From Mobula hypostoma (taxonomy: Eukaryota), in the NCBI RefSeq assembly GCF_963921235.1, contig NC_086097.1, positions 154,444,001 to 154,508,000 on the forward strand: a DNA stretch of 64,000 nt, read 5' to 3'. The stretch's first letter is position 1, and every line of letters begins with the position of its first letter. This document shows positions 48,518 to 62,013 of this stretch, one piece after another. Made by a program: the position numbers and the translations under genes. The notes below the pieces were generated by a model. It made no database searches and was not told the DNA's origin. It was given only the letters and a program-made list of their open reading frames with translations.

Positions 48518-50662
48518 AAATGGAAATAGATCCTTCCTATTTACTCTGCCTAGATCCTTTGTTTGTAGATCTCCTCTGCATCCTCACATCGCTCCTGGAT
48601 AGAGGTGACAGAGGTGTTAAAAGGTGAATAGATGAAGACCCAGAGGCTGGGTTGTGTTGGTTCAGACACACCATCTGTAAATGCTGACTGCAAACTTCAT
48701 CTGCTTCCACCTGCTTCAGCCAGATGCAATGGCCCCATTTTGTTGGTTATCTGTAGTCTCAAGACCTGTTCTCTGGCTCGAGCAAACACTGAACAATGAG
48801 TTGAATAGTGCAGAAAGTTTATGCCACAAACTGCAAACGATTTCAACAACCTCTAAATTGTCGTTGATTTTCAAAGACAATTTAGAACAATGAAAATAAA
48901 AGTAATTTTACAAAAATCTATTTGCAGAATATAACATTAATATTTAAAGAAAATGAAACTAAAATTAATGAAATACATTAAGCAGCTGGAAATACTAAAG
49001 CACATTATGCTAAAGCAAGGGACATTAAAAGCTGTATTAAAAACAAAAAATGCTAGGTACACAGTTGGTTAGCTAGTGTGTTGCCTGCCCTCTGAGTATG
49101 ACCAATATTTTCTGCTTTTATTTTAGATTCCCAACATCAGCAGTTTTTTTTCTGCTTTTCAATTACAGTAAAAGGTCTGCAATCCAGCACTCGCTGAATG
49201 TCATTGGCACTGGTTCCTTCAGTGTTAGAGTGATTGTTCCCTTGTTACCACCTCTCTGTCAGTCCTGTGATTTCCACACCCCGCCCCCTACTCCCCGCAC
49301 CTCTGCCACTGGTCTAGAGTAAAGGGAAAGAAAGATTGATGAGTGCAAATTGTTTAATTCACTATTTCTCAGGTAGAACTTCTCTACAGGAAGGGAGACA
49401 AATGAATGATGGTAAATTATCCACTATCAGTCTGCACTCAAACATCTGTAATAAGGAATTGTGCATCAACAATTTAAGGAGCGAAGATCAGAAAGAGAAA
49501 ACTACAGACATGTTGGCTTTACATTAATAGGTAGGGAATATAGAAAATAATATGATGAGCAGGGTCAATGTGGAGCAAAGGTTCAAAGGTTCATTTTATA
49601 ATCAAAGCATGTATACAGAATACAATTGTGAGATTCATCTTCTCCAGAAAGCCATGAAAAAAGCATTGAGGCCATTGAAAGAAAAGACATTAACACCCCT
49701 CCCAACATGAAATAGAAAAAGAAACAAAAACTCACAGACCCAAAACCCCCTACCCCTCCCTTGCACAAAAACTAACAAATCACCCAATTGGACAATGGCA
49801 GCTGGAACAACAACATCAAATCCCAAACCCTCAACCTGCCTCTCTTGCAAAAGAACTAACATATTGCCCACAAGGGAAAAAATCAGCGACAGTAACATCA
49901 AATCCCCAAAAACTCCCGCTCACAAAAAAAAACACAATGCCCAGAAGTATTCAAACCCCCAACCCGCCAAATGGCAACGAGAAAGAAGACACAGATGACG
50001 GAAGGAGACCAGTATAGCAATGGGAATTTAGCAGTATAGCAGCATTGGGAATTAAAAGATACAACAAACAAGAAAGAAGGCAATCCTTTGAAGGTAACTG
50101 GTAATTATTTATTATTGGCACATGCACCATAATACAGGGAATAACTTTGTTTTGCATGCCATCCACACAGATCGTTACAAAATGTAAGTACACTGAAGTT
50201 ATACAAAGGAAATAGCAATAACAGGCTGCAGAATATAGTGTACAATTACAGCGAAAGTGCAGTGCTGCTAAGCAATAAGGTGCCAGATCACAAGGAGTTA
50301 CATTGGGAAGTCAAGAGTTCATTTTTATCCTACCAGAGGTTCATTCAAGAATCTCATAACAGCAGGAAAGAAACTGTGAATGTTATTTGAATATACAACA
50401 ATAATTATGACATCTTAATGTAATTTATATTACCTTATTAAGACCACAATTGGAATACTATTTTCTGGTCTGCTAAAAATGTGTCAATTTCATCAGTTTT
50501 CATGTTGTTAACAAAAGACTTTACTCCAAGCTCCCTCTGACATGCAATCATGCTCTTGCCACTGACCTTCAAATGCAGAGAGGAGGCTTAGGTTCCGGCC
50601 TTGTTGTTGCATGAATATTCAACAAAATATTACAACTAAGCTGACAGCCTTTGGAGTCACAA

Positions 50663-50720
50663 GTGTGTGTGTGTGTGTGTGTGTATGTTTGTTTGTGAGA
50701 GAGAGAGGGAGATAGAGAGA
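50663..50720. repeat. Compound (GT)11 / GA-rich microsatellite
   Basis: Directly visible. Confidence 0.9.
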
Positions 50721-52435
50721 TAGACCCCCTTTCAAAGCAAGTCTGCCCTGGCCCAATATTACACAATATTTTATATGCTAAACATCAAAGGACAATTCAG
50801 GCTAAAGTCCAAAGGACAATTCCATATTTGCAATGCTTCCTTTGAACTACATACAACAGTTTCAAATGCCTGGATTTTCCCACCATCATACCTCCCTGTT
50901 CGCACCTATATTATAGATACCGAAATATACACAATCAGTGTTGTCTGTTCTTCCAATTAACTTGGTTCACAGTTCTTCGGAACATAACTTTAACTGACTT
51001 CATCCCCTAGCCTTGAGGTTCATACATAAATTGTGAATTAAATCTAAAATGCAGCTCCGAACAGGACTTTCCCAAAATCCCCCACACCCTTGTCCCTAAA
51101 CATGAAACCTGTCCCCAAAATCATCCCTTTCAACCGTGAACCTAAAAAAAAAATCATGCCTTGATCCAAAAAACATGTCATGTATAATGTAACTTTTGTT
51201 TTCAATATACTAGTTCTAACTTTATATAGGTAAAATCATGAAAAATATCGATATTACACATTTAAGAACAACCCAAAGATCCAATCTTACCATGGGTTTT
51301 CAAGTTAAACAGTCCCTAAAAACCAAGAATTCCTTTCTTTGCATTATTTATTTATTTTTGTAATTTATAATTGTTTTTGTCTTTGCACTATACTGCTGCT
51401 GCAAAGTAACAATTCTCATGTCATACACTTCAGTGATAACAAATGTGACTCTGATTTCTCTTCTCATTGCTGAAATTCTTCACCACCTCCACTTTCAGAA
51501 GAAATGTTCTCACTATATGACTTGCTGGGGTGAATGTGGTCAAGATGCTTACCCACTAAGAACACTCTATTACAGTTTAAACAGGCAACATTGCAGATTT
51601 TGACCACACTGAAACACCTGCTGTGATAATTGTAGTGGTGGTGTAGACATTTTGTTCTTACAGGTAGTGGATCACAAATCAGAATCACAATCAAAATGTG
51701 CCTGTAAATCAACTGTGCCATATGTGTCTCACTGGATCATATGATTTACATGAATACTCTCAATTTCATTCATAAGCAGAACAAGGCACCATTCAGAACG
51801 ACAAACAGCAGGAGCCATTCCAGTTTCCCCTTCATCTGTATCTTATTTGTTAGGAAAATTCAAAAAACCCACATGATCTTTAACTTAAAATGTTCTTGTC
51901 TGTGAAATCTAAATTGAAATTTGGTTTTGAAAAATCTTATTTCTGTTCCACTGTCAGTGTGGTTTGGTTTATGCCAAAGTTTCCACTGAGTGCAAGGGAA
52001 AGTGCTGGGGTTGTATGCTGTAGTACTATGAAGATGTAGAACATCTCAATACTTTAACAGGAAAATTGTCAAATGATGTTTCATACTAAAGGAAGAAATT
52101 CCCTGTAGACTTTGCTTCTTAACTGCATCTTTGATTTCCCTGTTAGTTCATTCAGCTTCTTCAGTAACATGGGAATACCAGGCTATGTTTGAAAACATTC
52201 CTTCATGTAAAATTGTTGAACTACTAAACTGTGGTCTGCCTTCAAAGGTTATTTCCTCCAGCTGACCATGATTTGAAAATATTGCTGAAAGGTAGAATAT
52301 CTCATGAGCTTAACTTCCAGCTAGAACTTACAAATGCCTTGTCTCTTTTCGGTAAAATATATGTGCCTTAACAGAAGGAGTTGCTTAGTGTCATGAGCCC
52401 TGTGGGCCTGTGCACCTGCATTTGTTAATTGTTAT

Positions 52436-55400
52436 ATAAGCATATAACCATATAACAATTACAGCACAGAAACAGGCCATCTCGGCCCTTCTAGTCCATG
52501 TCGAACCCTTACTCTCACCTAGTCCCACCAACCTGCACTCACCTCTTAACCCTCCATTCCTTTCCTGTCCATATAGCTATCCAATTTAACTTTAAATGAC
52601 AACATCGAACCTGCCTCAACCACTTCTGCTGGAAGCTCGTTCCACTCAGCTACCACTCTCTGAGTAAAGAAGTTCCCCCTCATGTTACCCCTAAACTTTT
52701 GCCCTTTAACTCTCAACTCATGTCCTGTTGTTTGAATCTCTCCCACTCTCAATGGAAAAAGCCTATCCACGTCAACTTTATCTATCCACCTCATAATTTT
52801 AAATACTTCTATCAAGTGCCCCCTCAACATTCTATGCTCCAAAGAATAAAGACCCACCTTGTTCAACATTTCTCTGTAACTTAGGAGATGAAACCCTGGT
52901 AACATTCTAGTAAATCTCCTCTGTACTCTCTCAATTTTGTTGACATCTTTCCTATAATTCGGTGACCAGAACTGTACACAACACTCCAAATTTGGCCTTA
53001 CCAATGCCTTGTACAATTTCAACATTACATCCCAACTCCTATACTCAATGCTCTGATTTATAAAGGCCAGCATACCAAAAGCTTTCTTCACCACCCTATC
53101 CACATGGGATTCCACCTTCAGGGAACCATGCATCATTATTCCTAGATCCCTCTGTTCTACTGCATTCTTCAATGCCCTACCATTTACCATATATGTCCTA
53201 TTTTGATTAGTCCTAACAAAATGTAGCACCTCATATTTATCAGCATTAAACTCCATCTGCCATCTTTCAGCCCACTCTTCTAACTGGCCTAAATCTCGCT
53301 GCAAGCTTTGAAAACCTACTTCTTATCCACAACTCCACCTATCTTAGTATCATCTGCATACTTACTCATCCAATTTACCACCCCATCATCCAGATGAATA
53401 ATATATATGACAAACAACATTGGACCCGGTACTGATCCCTGAGGCACACCACGAGTCACCGGACTCCAATCTGACGAACAGTTATCCACCACTACTCTCT
53501 GGCGTCTCCCATCCAGCCACTGCTGAATCCATTTTACTACAATATTAATACCTAACGATTGAACCTTCCGAACTAACCTTCCATGTGGAACCTTGTCAAA
53601 GGCCTTACTGAAGTCCATACAGACAACATCTACCGTTTTACCCTCGTCAACTTTCCTAGTAACTTCTTCAAAAAGTTCAGTAAGATTTGTCAAACATGAC
53701 TTTCCACGCACAAATCCATGTTGACTGTTCCTAATCAAACCTTGTCTATCCAGAAAATTATATATACCATCTCTAAGAATACTTTCCATCAATTTACCCA
53801 CCACTGATGTCAAACTCACAGGCCGATAATTGCTAGGTTTACTCTTAGAACCCTTTTTAAACAATGGAACAACATGAGCAATACGCCAATCCTCCGGCAC
53901 CATCCCTGTTTCTAATGACATTTGAAATATTTCTGTCAGTGCCCCTGCTATTTCCACACTAACTTCCCTCAAGGTCCTAGGGAATATCTTGTCAGGACCC
54001 GGAGACTTATCCACTTTTATATTCCTTAAAAGCCCCAATACTTCCTCTTCTTTAATCATCATACTTTCCATAACTACCCTACTTGTTTCCCTTACCTTAC
54101 ACAATTCAATACCCTTCTCCTTAGTGAATACCGAAGAAATTGTTCAAAATCTCCCCCATCTCTTTTGGCTCCGCACATAGCCATCCACTCTGATTCTCTA
54201 AGGGACCAATTTTATCCCTCACTATCCTTTTGCTATTAATATAACTGTCGAAACCCTTTGGATTTATTTTCACCTTACTTGCCAAAGCAACCTCATATCT
54301 TCTTTTAGCTTTGATAATTTCTTTCTTAAGGTTCTTTTTACATTCTTTATATTCCTCGAGCACCTCATTTACTCCAAGCTGCCTATATTTATTGTAGATC
54401 TCTCTCTTTTTCCGAACCAAGTTTCCAATATCCCTCGAAAACCATGGCTCTCTCAAACTTTTAACCTTTCCTTTCAACCTAACAGGAACATAAAGATTCT
54501 GTACCCTCAAAATTTCACCTTTAAATTAACTCAATTTCTCTATTACATCCTTCCCATAAAACAAGTTGTCCCAATCCACTCCTTCTAAATCCTTTCGCAT
54601 CTCCTCAAAGTTAGCCTTTCTCCAATCAAAAATCTCAACCCCGGGTCCAGTCCTATCCTTTTCCATAATTATATTGAAACTAATGGCATTGTGATCACTG
54701 GACCTGAAGTACTCCTCCCCAACACATACCTCCGTCACCTGACCTAGCCCATTCCCTAACAGGAGATCCAACACTGCCCCTTCTCTAGTGGGTACCTCTA
54801 TGTATTGCTGCAAAAACTATCTTGCACACTTTTGAAAAACTCCAAACCATCCAACCCTCTTACAGAATGGGTTTCCCAGTCTATGTGTGGAAAATTAAAA
54901 TCTCCCACAATCACAACCTTGTGCTTACTACAAATATCTGCTATCTCCTTACAAATTTGCTCCTCCGATTCTCGCTCTCCATTAGGTGGTCTATAATACA
55001 CCCCTATAAGCGTTACTACACCTTTCCCATTCCTCAATTCCACCCAAATAGCCTCCCTAGATGAGTCCTCTAACCTATCCTGCCAAAGCACCACTGTAAT
55101 ATTCTCTCTGACAAGCAATGAAACACATCCCCCTCTTGTCCCTCCAATTCTATCACACCTGAAGCAACGAAATCCAGGAATATTTAGTTGCCAATCACAC
55201 CCCTCCTACAACCATGTTTCACTAATAGCTACAACATCATATTTCCAGGTATCAATCCATGCTCTAAGCTCAACCACCTTTCTTACAATGCTCCTAGCAT
55301 TAAAATAGATGCATTTAAGAAACTCTCCACATCTTACTCTCTGTTTATCCCTAATGGTGCAAACAACTTTGTTATCTTTTTCTTCCTTCTCCCCTACATC

Positions 55401-55612
55401 TCCGGTCTGAGTGCTCCCGTTCTCTGTCCCCTGCCTATCCTCCCTCACACACTGTCTACTAGCTTTCTCTATTTGTGAACTAACCTCCTCTCTCCTAGTC
55501 TCTTCAATTTGATTCCCACCCCCCAACCATTCTAGTTTAAAGTCTCCCCAGTAGCCTTCGCAAATCTTCCCGCCAGAATATTGGTCCCCTTAGGATTCAA
55601 GTGCAACCCGTC
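52436..55612 (-). mobile_element. CR1 with nearly complete ORF2 (APE plus RT), few frameshifts
   Basis: (TTATATGG)n tail at ~52436-52460; ORFs 52546..55526 give LKCIYFNARSI, YYRPPN, VGDFNFP, NYRPVSLTS, KYADDTK, FFTQRVV. Confidence 0.92.
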
Positions 55613-56355
55613 CTAACTATCTAGAATACTTAAGCACTTGTGCTTTCTGTTTGATTTTATCAAGTTTATTTTGATTGGCTTGGGTTTTCTGCATACAGTG
55701 ATTATTTAAAGGGGACACCCAAGTAGCTTTAATTGTGGGGTCCTTGTGTGTTTCGAGAATGATTCATTTCACAGTGTTGCTCAGTCAAGCCCCAATGTTC
55801 AGTTGGAATTCTTATGAATAAAGTCTTGTTTCTGCCTCAACATGAGAATCTATCATTCTTCCGCACCTTGGTTCAGTCATTTTCAGCACACGTCATGACA
55901 GAAGGACCGCGCGCAATAAATTGATCTAGCAGAGGTTCAACACTGGCTTGGACATCAATTGGCTGGAGGCAAGGTTGCCTTCTGTTCTTAGTGTTTGTTG
56001 CAAGGCTACATTCCAAGTTTCCCGAAGCTACGTTTCTCGGGTCCATATTTTGAGTTCATGTTCCAAGACTCTCGAGTCCACATTCAAGGTTGTCAAGGTT
56101 TCTTGAGTCTCCCATGGCCTTTCATGTTTCCAAAGCCTATTCCAGACTTCTGAAGACTATTCCATGTTTCTATTCATCGTTTCCAAATTTGATTCTGTGT
56201 TCCTTTTAATTCTATGTTCCAAGTAAAATGGAATATTCCCACATTTTTCAGCTCTGACTCGAGAGCATCAGGTCTGTTTTGAATTTACCAGCCCAGTCTC
56301 GAGTTCCTCTGGATCCCTGGGCCGTAATGTGCTGGTCTTAGGGGGAGGGAGGTAC

Positions 56356-56685
56356 TGTCATGAACCCTGTGGGCCTGTACGAGATCTGTCTTCATTAATT
56401 GTCTTACCTTGAGTCACTAAGCCCTTGTGCTTTCTGTTGAGTCTTCCAAGTTTATTTTGAATAGCTCAAGTCTTCTATGTACTGTGTTTATTTAAATGGG
56501 ACTCCCAATTAGCTCTGATTGCAAGGGTCCTTGTGTGTTTCGAGAGTGATTCATCTCAGTGTCACTCGGTCAAGCCACTGATGTTGTTGGAATTCCTGTG
56601 AATAAACTCTTGTTTCTGTCTCAACTTGGGAGTCTGTTGTTCCTCCACACCTGGGTTCAGTCGTTTGTCAGCGCATACTGTGACA
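56356..56685 (+). repeat. 3' LTR (330 bp) of the TRIM-like element
   Basis: TG...CA termini, AATAAA at ~56601, aligns with the split 5' LTR. Confidence 0.88.
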
Positions 56686-57869
56686 CTTAGACCTTGTACG
56701 CATTTGCACTTTTTCCACGTGTTAATCTACACAGCTGGCAGATCGATCCAAACTTGACCATTCTGTAAAACTTTCCGTAAAATTTCTTTCATTACTCCAA
56801 TCCAAAGCATTCCATATGTAACTCAGTCAATGTCTTTGGTCTTAAAGCTGTAGCTCATAGCTGACACATTCTCCATTTTTCCCTTCATCACATGACAATT
56901 CCCTTCAGTGGAACTAATTGATCTTAGCTCTTCATTGATACATTTCCAACTCTGACTAGTCACAAAAAGCATTTCTGTAATTGCTTTGCAATTTCCTAAA
57001 TTGACACATAACATCATTAATCACTTGATTGGAGTGTGAACATTACTTTCACAGCTCACATTCTCAAGGAAAAGACTAGACAATACATCTGCTGCTTTAA
57101 TCTGCTTCAAAGCCTTGTATTTTATCTTGCATTCAGAATGAAAAAGAAGAATTGTCTATTGTTGCATCTGTGATCCTGTCATTAGTGGTGTAACCAGCTT
57201 TGCGTCTTAACTTCCCACTACTGGTGTCTGATCTGGTTCCAGAATCAATTGGCTTCTATAATAAATTTGATGAATTGATGTGTTCTCATTGACATGAAAT
57301 ACTCACTCTGCTTTTTCTTCAGATGCTGCCTGACATTTTAAACTTTTAGTTTCTAATTTCCAACATTCCTAGAATTTTGCTTATTTTCCTTTTTCTAATA
57401 TTTCCTTATGGTGCATTCATCCCACTGCCCGTGCCTGCTCTCAAAACAATACCAACAATCCTATTCCCCAAATTATTTCCTTGTGACTTTTTCTTTCTGA
57501 CATGCCTTCAATTCCCGTCCTACACCTGCCCTCTTTTCTCCATTCTCCTGTAATCCATCTGCATCGGAGATACTTTATAGCAACCTTCTAGGCAGAACAT
57601 TCCTGGGATGTGGAAGGAGGGTCAACTGGCCGCTGTGCTTTACAAGTATTATAAACGTACTGTTCTTGTCTTACCAGTCTGCTACCTCATTGGGAACCAG
57701 GGGTCTCCCAAGCAGTCACAGGGAGAGCATATAGACTCCACAGAGACAGCAACGGCGGCAACTGGAGTTGTGACGCAGAAGCACTATTTGTGATGCTCAC
57801 TAAGAGATTGATGGAACTTTTTGTTACCATGTTTGATGCCTGCAACTCTCTTTTTCTTTCTTTCTCTCT

Positions 57870-58150
57870 CTATTTGGAGATACAGCATAGAATAGACCTT
57901 CCTGGCCCTTTGAGTGGAGCCACCTGCAACCCCTGATTTAACCCCAGCCTAATCATGAGACAACTTACAATGACCAATTATCCTGCTATCTGGTTTGTCT
58001 TTGGACTATATGAGGAAACTGGAGCACCCAGAGGACGCCCCTGCATTCCAGGATGAGGACGTACAACTGTATTATGGAGGACACTAGGATTGAATTCCGA
58101 ACTCTGATGCCCTGGGCTGTAATATCGTTAATCGCTACACTACAGTGGCA
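57870..58150 (-). mobile_element. V-SINE copy
   Basis: GAGGAAACTGGAGCACCCAGAGGA (V-domain revcomp); head matches reverse complement of 6205-6280. Confidence 0.75.
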
Positions 58151-59752
58151 CATCCTGATTGGGGCATAATTTTGCTTGTCAAACTATGGGGTGCAAAAGA
58201 AACGTCATATTTTCTGTCTATTATTCACTAAATGGCTGACCAAAAGCCATTGCTTGAAGCACCATGCACAACCTAATTCACAAGTAGTGTTGTACCGGGC
58301 AGGAAGAACTTTACTATCTAATTTTCATTCAAGCATGCTGCTGTGCTTTGTCCCTTATCGACTGATGATCTCTCTTCACTGCAAAAACCATCTCGAAATT
58401 CTACACCATCAAGGTTCAGGGAAAGGGAAGGAAAATCTCACCATTGGCTGCAAGGTTAACTAGACCAGCCACTAAATATTATAAACAAAAAGCGGGCACA
58501 TGATGGCAGTGAGTAACTCACTTCATACACCCCCAACTCTGTTTGACAGCACAAAGGTTGGAAAAGAGTGTAGGAGAGATGTCAGAGCTCGATTTTTTAC
58601 AGAGAGAGGTCAGGGCATGAAACATGTTGCCAGGTATGGTAGTAGAGGCAGATATTTTTAGGGACATGTAACAGCCTCTAAGATAGGCAAATGGATGAAA
58701 GAAAAACAAGAGGGCTATGTGGAGCGAAGCATTAGATTGATCATGGAGTAGGTTGAAAGATCAACACATCATGGGCCAAGGGACCAATGCTGTGCTGGAC
58801 TGTTCTATAATCAATGTTTATATAGACCAACAGTGTGATGTAGTTTTTTTTTACTTGCCTGGATCAGTGCTGTTCCAACAGATTTGATGTTGTACAGAGC
58901 AAAGGAACCAACTATCACTTCTAAGCAGTTACCATTTCAGCTGTCAGTTCACAATAGCTGTAGTACATGTATAATATTCATAAGATGTAGTGCAATGACT
59001 GATTGAAGTTACTTCAACAGCACCTCTGGAAAGTTAAGGGCAGCAGATAGACGAGAATGCCATTAGCTTCAAGTTCCTCCGCCGGTCACATGTAGCTCTG
59101 ACCAGGAAATATATTGCTGTTCCTTTGTCATTATTAGTTCTAAATCCAGGAACTCGCTTCCAATGAGCAATTTACCTTTATGAGACAAAGCATACAACAG
59201 GATCCCCAAAAGACAGCATGGACCATCACATATTTGTAAACACCCATATATGTAGGGACTTAGCAGTGATTTACCAGCACCACAGAGATTCAAAAAGGTG
59301 GCTCATCACTGCTTTCTATAGGGGAAGCAGAGATCAACAAGCTCCCTGTCAAGCTCTCTTGACAGCCAGCACCTTTTCCCCAGTATAGAAATGTCCAATA
59401 TCAGAAGCCATCCATTTCAAGTGAGTGGAGGAAATGTTTCAGTGAGATGTCAGAGGTAGATTTTTTTTTATACAGAGAGTGGTGGAGAGGTTGGTGCAAT
59501 AAGGATATTTAAGAGACTTAGATAGGCATGTTATGAAGGGCTGAGGGCTGTGTAGGAGTGAAGGGTTAGGTTGGCTGTGGAACGGGTTTATATAGGTCGG
59601 CACAGCACCATGGGCTGAAGGGCCTGTACTATTCTGTACTGTTTTATGTTTTAACATTGAATATTTGTCTCACCAGAAACAACTACATTCTGTGAATTAA
59701 TTAAAAATAATATATTGAGAGAGAAATTAGGGGAGTGGATAAATATGATACA

Positions 59753-60806
59753 TTTCAGAATGGCAGGCGGTGACTAGTGGGGTACCGCAAGGCTCAGTGC
59801 TGGGACCCCAGTTGTTAACAATATATATTAATGACTTGGATGAGGGAATTAAATGCAGCATCTCCAAGTTTGCGGATGACACGAAGCTGGGTGGCAGTGT
59901 TAGCAGTGAGGAGGATGTTAAGAGGAGGCAGGGTGACTTGGATAGGTTGGGTGAGTGGGCAAATTCATGGCAGATGCAATTTAATGTGGATAAATGTGAA
60001 GTTATCCACTTTGGTGGCAAAAATAGGAAAACAGATTATTATCTGAATGGTGGCCGATTAGGAAAGGGGGAGGTGCAACGAGACCTGGGTGTCATTAAAC
60101 ACCAGTCATTGAAAGTGGGCATGCAGGTACAGCAGGCGGTGAAAAAGGCGAATGGTATGCTGGCATTTATAGCGAGAGGATTCGAGTACAGGAGCTGGGA
60201 GGTACTACTGCAGTTGTACAAGGCCTTGGTGAGACCACACCTGGAGTATTGTGTGCAGTTTTGGTCCCCTAATCTGAGGAAAGACATCCTTGCCATAGAG
60301 GGAGTACAAAGAAGGTTCACCAGATTGATTCCTGGGATGGCAGGACTTTCGTATGAAGAAAGACTGGATGAACTGGGCTTGTACTCGTTGGAATTTAGAA
60401 GATTGAGGGGGGATCTGATTGAAACGTATAAGATTCTAAAGGGATTGGACAGGCTAGATGCAGGAAGATTGTTTCCGATGTTGGGGAAGTCCAGAACGAG
60501 GGGCCACAGTTTGAGGATAGAGGGGAAGCCTTTTAGGACCGAGATTAGGAAAAACTTCTTCACACAGAGAGTGGTGAATCTGTGGAATTCTCTGCCACAG
60601 GAAACAGTTGAGGCCAGTTCATTGGCTATATTTAAGAGGGAGTTAGATATGGCCCTTGTGGCTACGGGGATCAGGGGGTATGGAGGGAAGGCTGGGGCGG
60701 GGTTCTGAGTTGGATGATCAGCCATGATCATAATAAATGGCGATGCAGGTTCGAAGGGCCGAATGGCCTACTCCTGCACCTATTTTCTATGTTTCTATGT
60801 TTCTAT
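59753..60806 (+). mobile_element. Young 5'-truncated CR1, same subfamily as 1-1564
   Basis: Near-identical to 508-1564; uninterrupted ORF 59770..60708; (TTTCTATG)n tail. Confidence 0.95.
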
Positions 60807-61085
60807 TAGATTTTGGTTCTTAGACTTACAATTTATAAATTTGCTAAGATGGTAGCCTTGAAATGATAGTTTCTGTCAAGTAATCCAATGGATACATTTC
60901 AATAAAATGTCATTGTCTAGCATATTGATGTAAGGTTAATCGGTTTCTATAAGTTACCCCTCGTGTAGCTGGCTAGCAGGAGAATTAATAATGGAGTTTC
61001 CGGACATGTGAAAGAGGATAGATTACAGGGAAATATGTTGTAGAATGGGATTAATGGGAATGCCCTCAGTATTGGCATAGATTCA

Positions 61086-61818
61086 TACATACCAACCCTC
61101 ATGGAGGGATCAGAAGTGGAGAGAATGAGCAGCTTCAAGTTCCTGGGTGTCAAGATCTCTGAGGATCTAACCTGGTCCCAACATATTGATGCAGTTAGAA
61201 AGAAAACAAGACAACAGCTATGCTTTATTAGGAGTTTGAAGAGATTTGGCATGCCAACAAATACACTCAAAAACTTCTATAGTTGTACCATGGAGAGCAT
61301 TCTGACAGGCTGCATCAGTGTCTGGTATGGAGGGGCCACTGCACAGGACCGAAAGAAGCTGCCGAAGGTTGTAAATCTAATCAGCTCCATCTTGGACACT
61401 AACCTACAAAGTACCCAGGACGTCTTTAGGGAGTGGTGTCTCAGAAAGGCAGCATCTATTATTAAGGACCCCCAGCACCCAGGGCATGCCCTTTTCTCAC
61501 TATTACCATCAGGTAGGAGGTACAGAAGCCTGAAGGCACACACTCAGCGATTCAGGAACAGCTTCTTCTCCTCTGCCAACCGATTCCTAAATGAACATTG
61601 AATCTTTGGACACAACCTCACTTTTTAAAAACTATACAGTATTTCTGTTTTTGCACATTTTAAAAAATCTATTGAATATATGTAATTGATTTACTTGTTT
61701 ATTTATTATTATTTATTTTATTTTTTTCTCTGCTAGATTATGTATTGCATTGAGCTGCTGCTGCTAAGTTAACAAATTTCATGTCACATGCCGGTGATAA
61801 TAAACCTGATTTTGATTC
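61086..61818 (+). mobile_element. Rex1/Babar-type LINE 3' fragment inserted in a V-SINE tail
   Basis: ORF 61101..61601 VERMSSFKFLGVKISEDLTW..ESILTGCISVWYG..HPGHALFSLLPSGRRYRS; tail ATAAACCTGATTTTGATTC; GATTCA on both sides. Confidence 0.88.
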
Positions 61819-62013
61819 AATGGGCTGGAAATTACAGCAGACCAGTTATTTCATTTTCTTTAAGTTTATAGGTATAGTATTTTTCAAGATGAGTAGGAAT
61901 CTAAAGAAGGTTAGCATTCCCAATTTGTTATCATACTTGGTATCATTACATTTAAAAAAAGAGCCTGATCACTTTTTTTCTACTGTATCTGGTGCTCTCA
62001 GTGTGGCTTCCTG

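Larger units (their letters stand above)
52389..56685 (+). mobile_element. Miniature non-autonomous LTR retrotransposon (TRIM-like), 5' LTR interrupted by CR1
   Basis: TSD CTTAG 52384-52388 and 56686-56690; 5' LTR 52389-~52435 plus ~55616-55900; 455-bp non-coding interior; PPT AGGGGGAGGGAGG at 56340-56352; 3' LTR 56356-56685 (TGTCATG...GTGACA). Confidence 0.88.

Noticed and set aside
56823..57017. 64-aa minus-strand ORF in unique DNA
   Set aside because: No recognisable motif or convincing splice donor; length expected by chance
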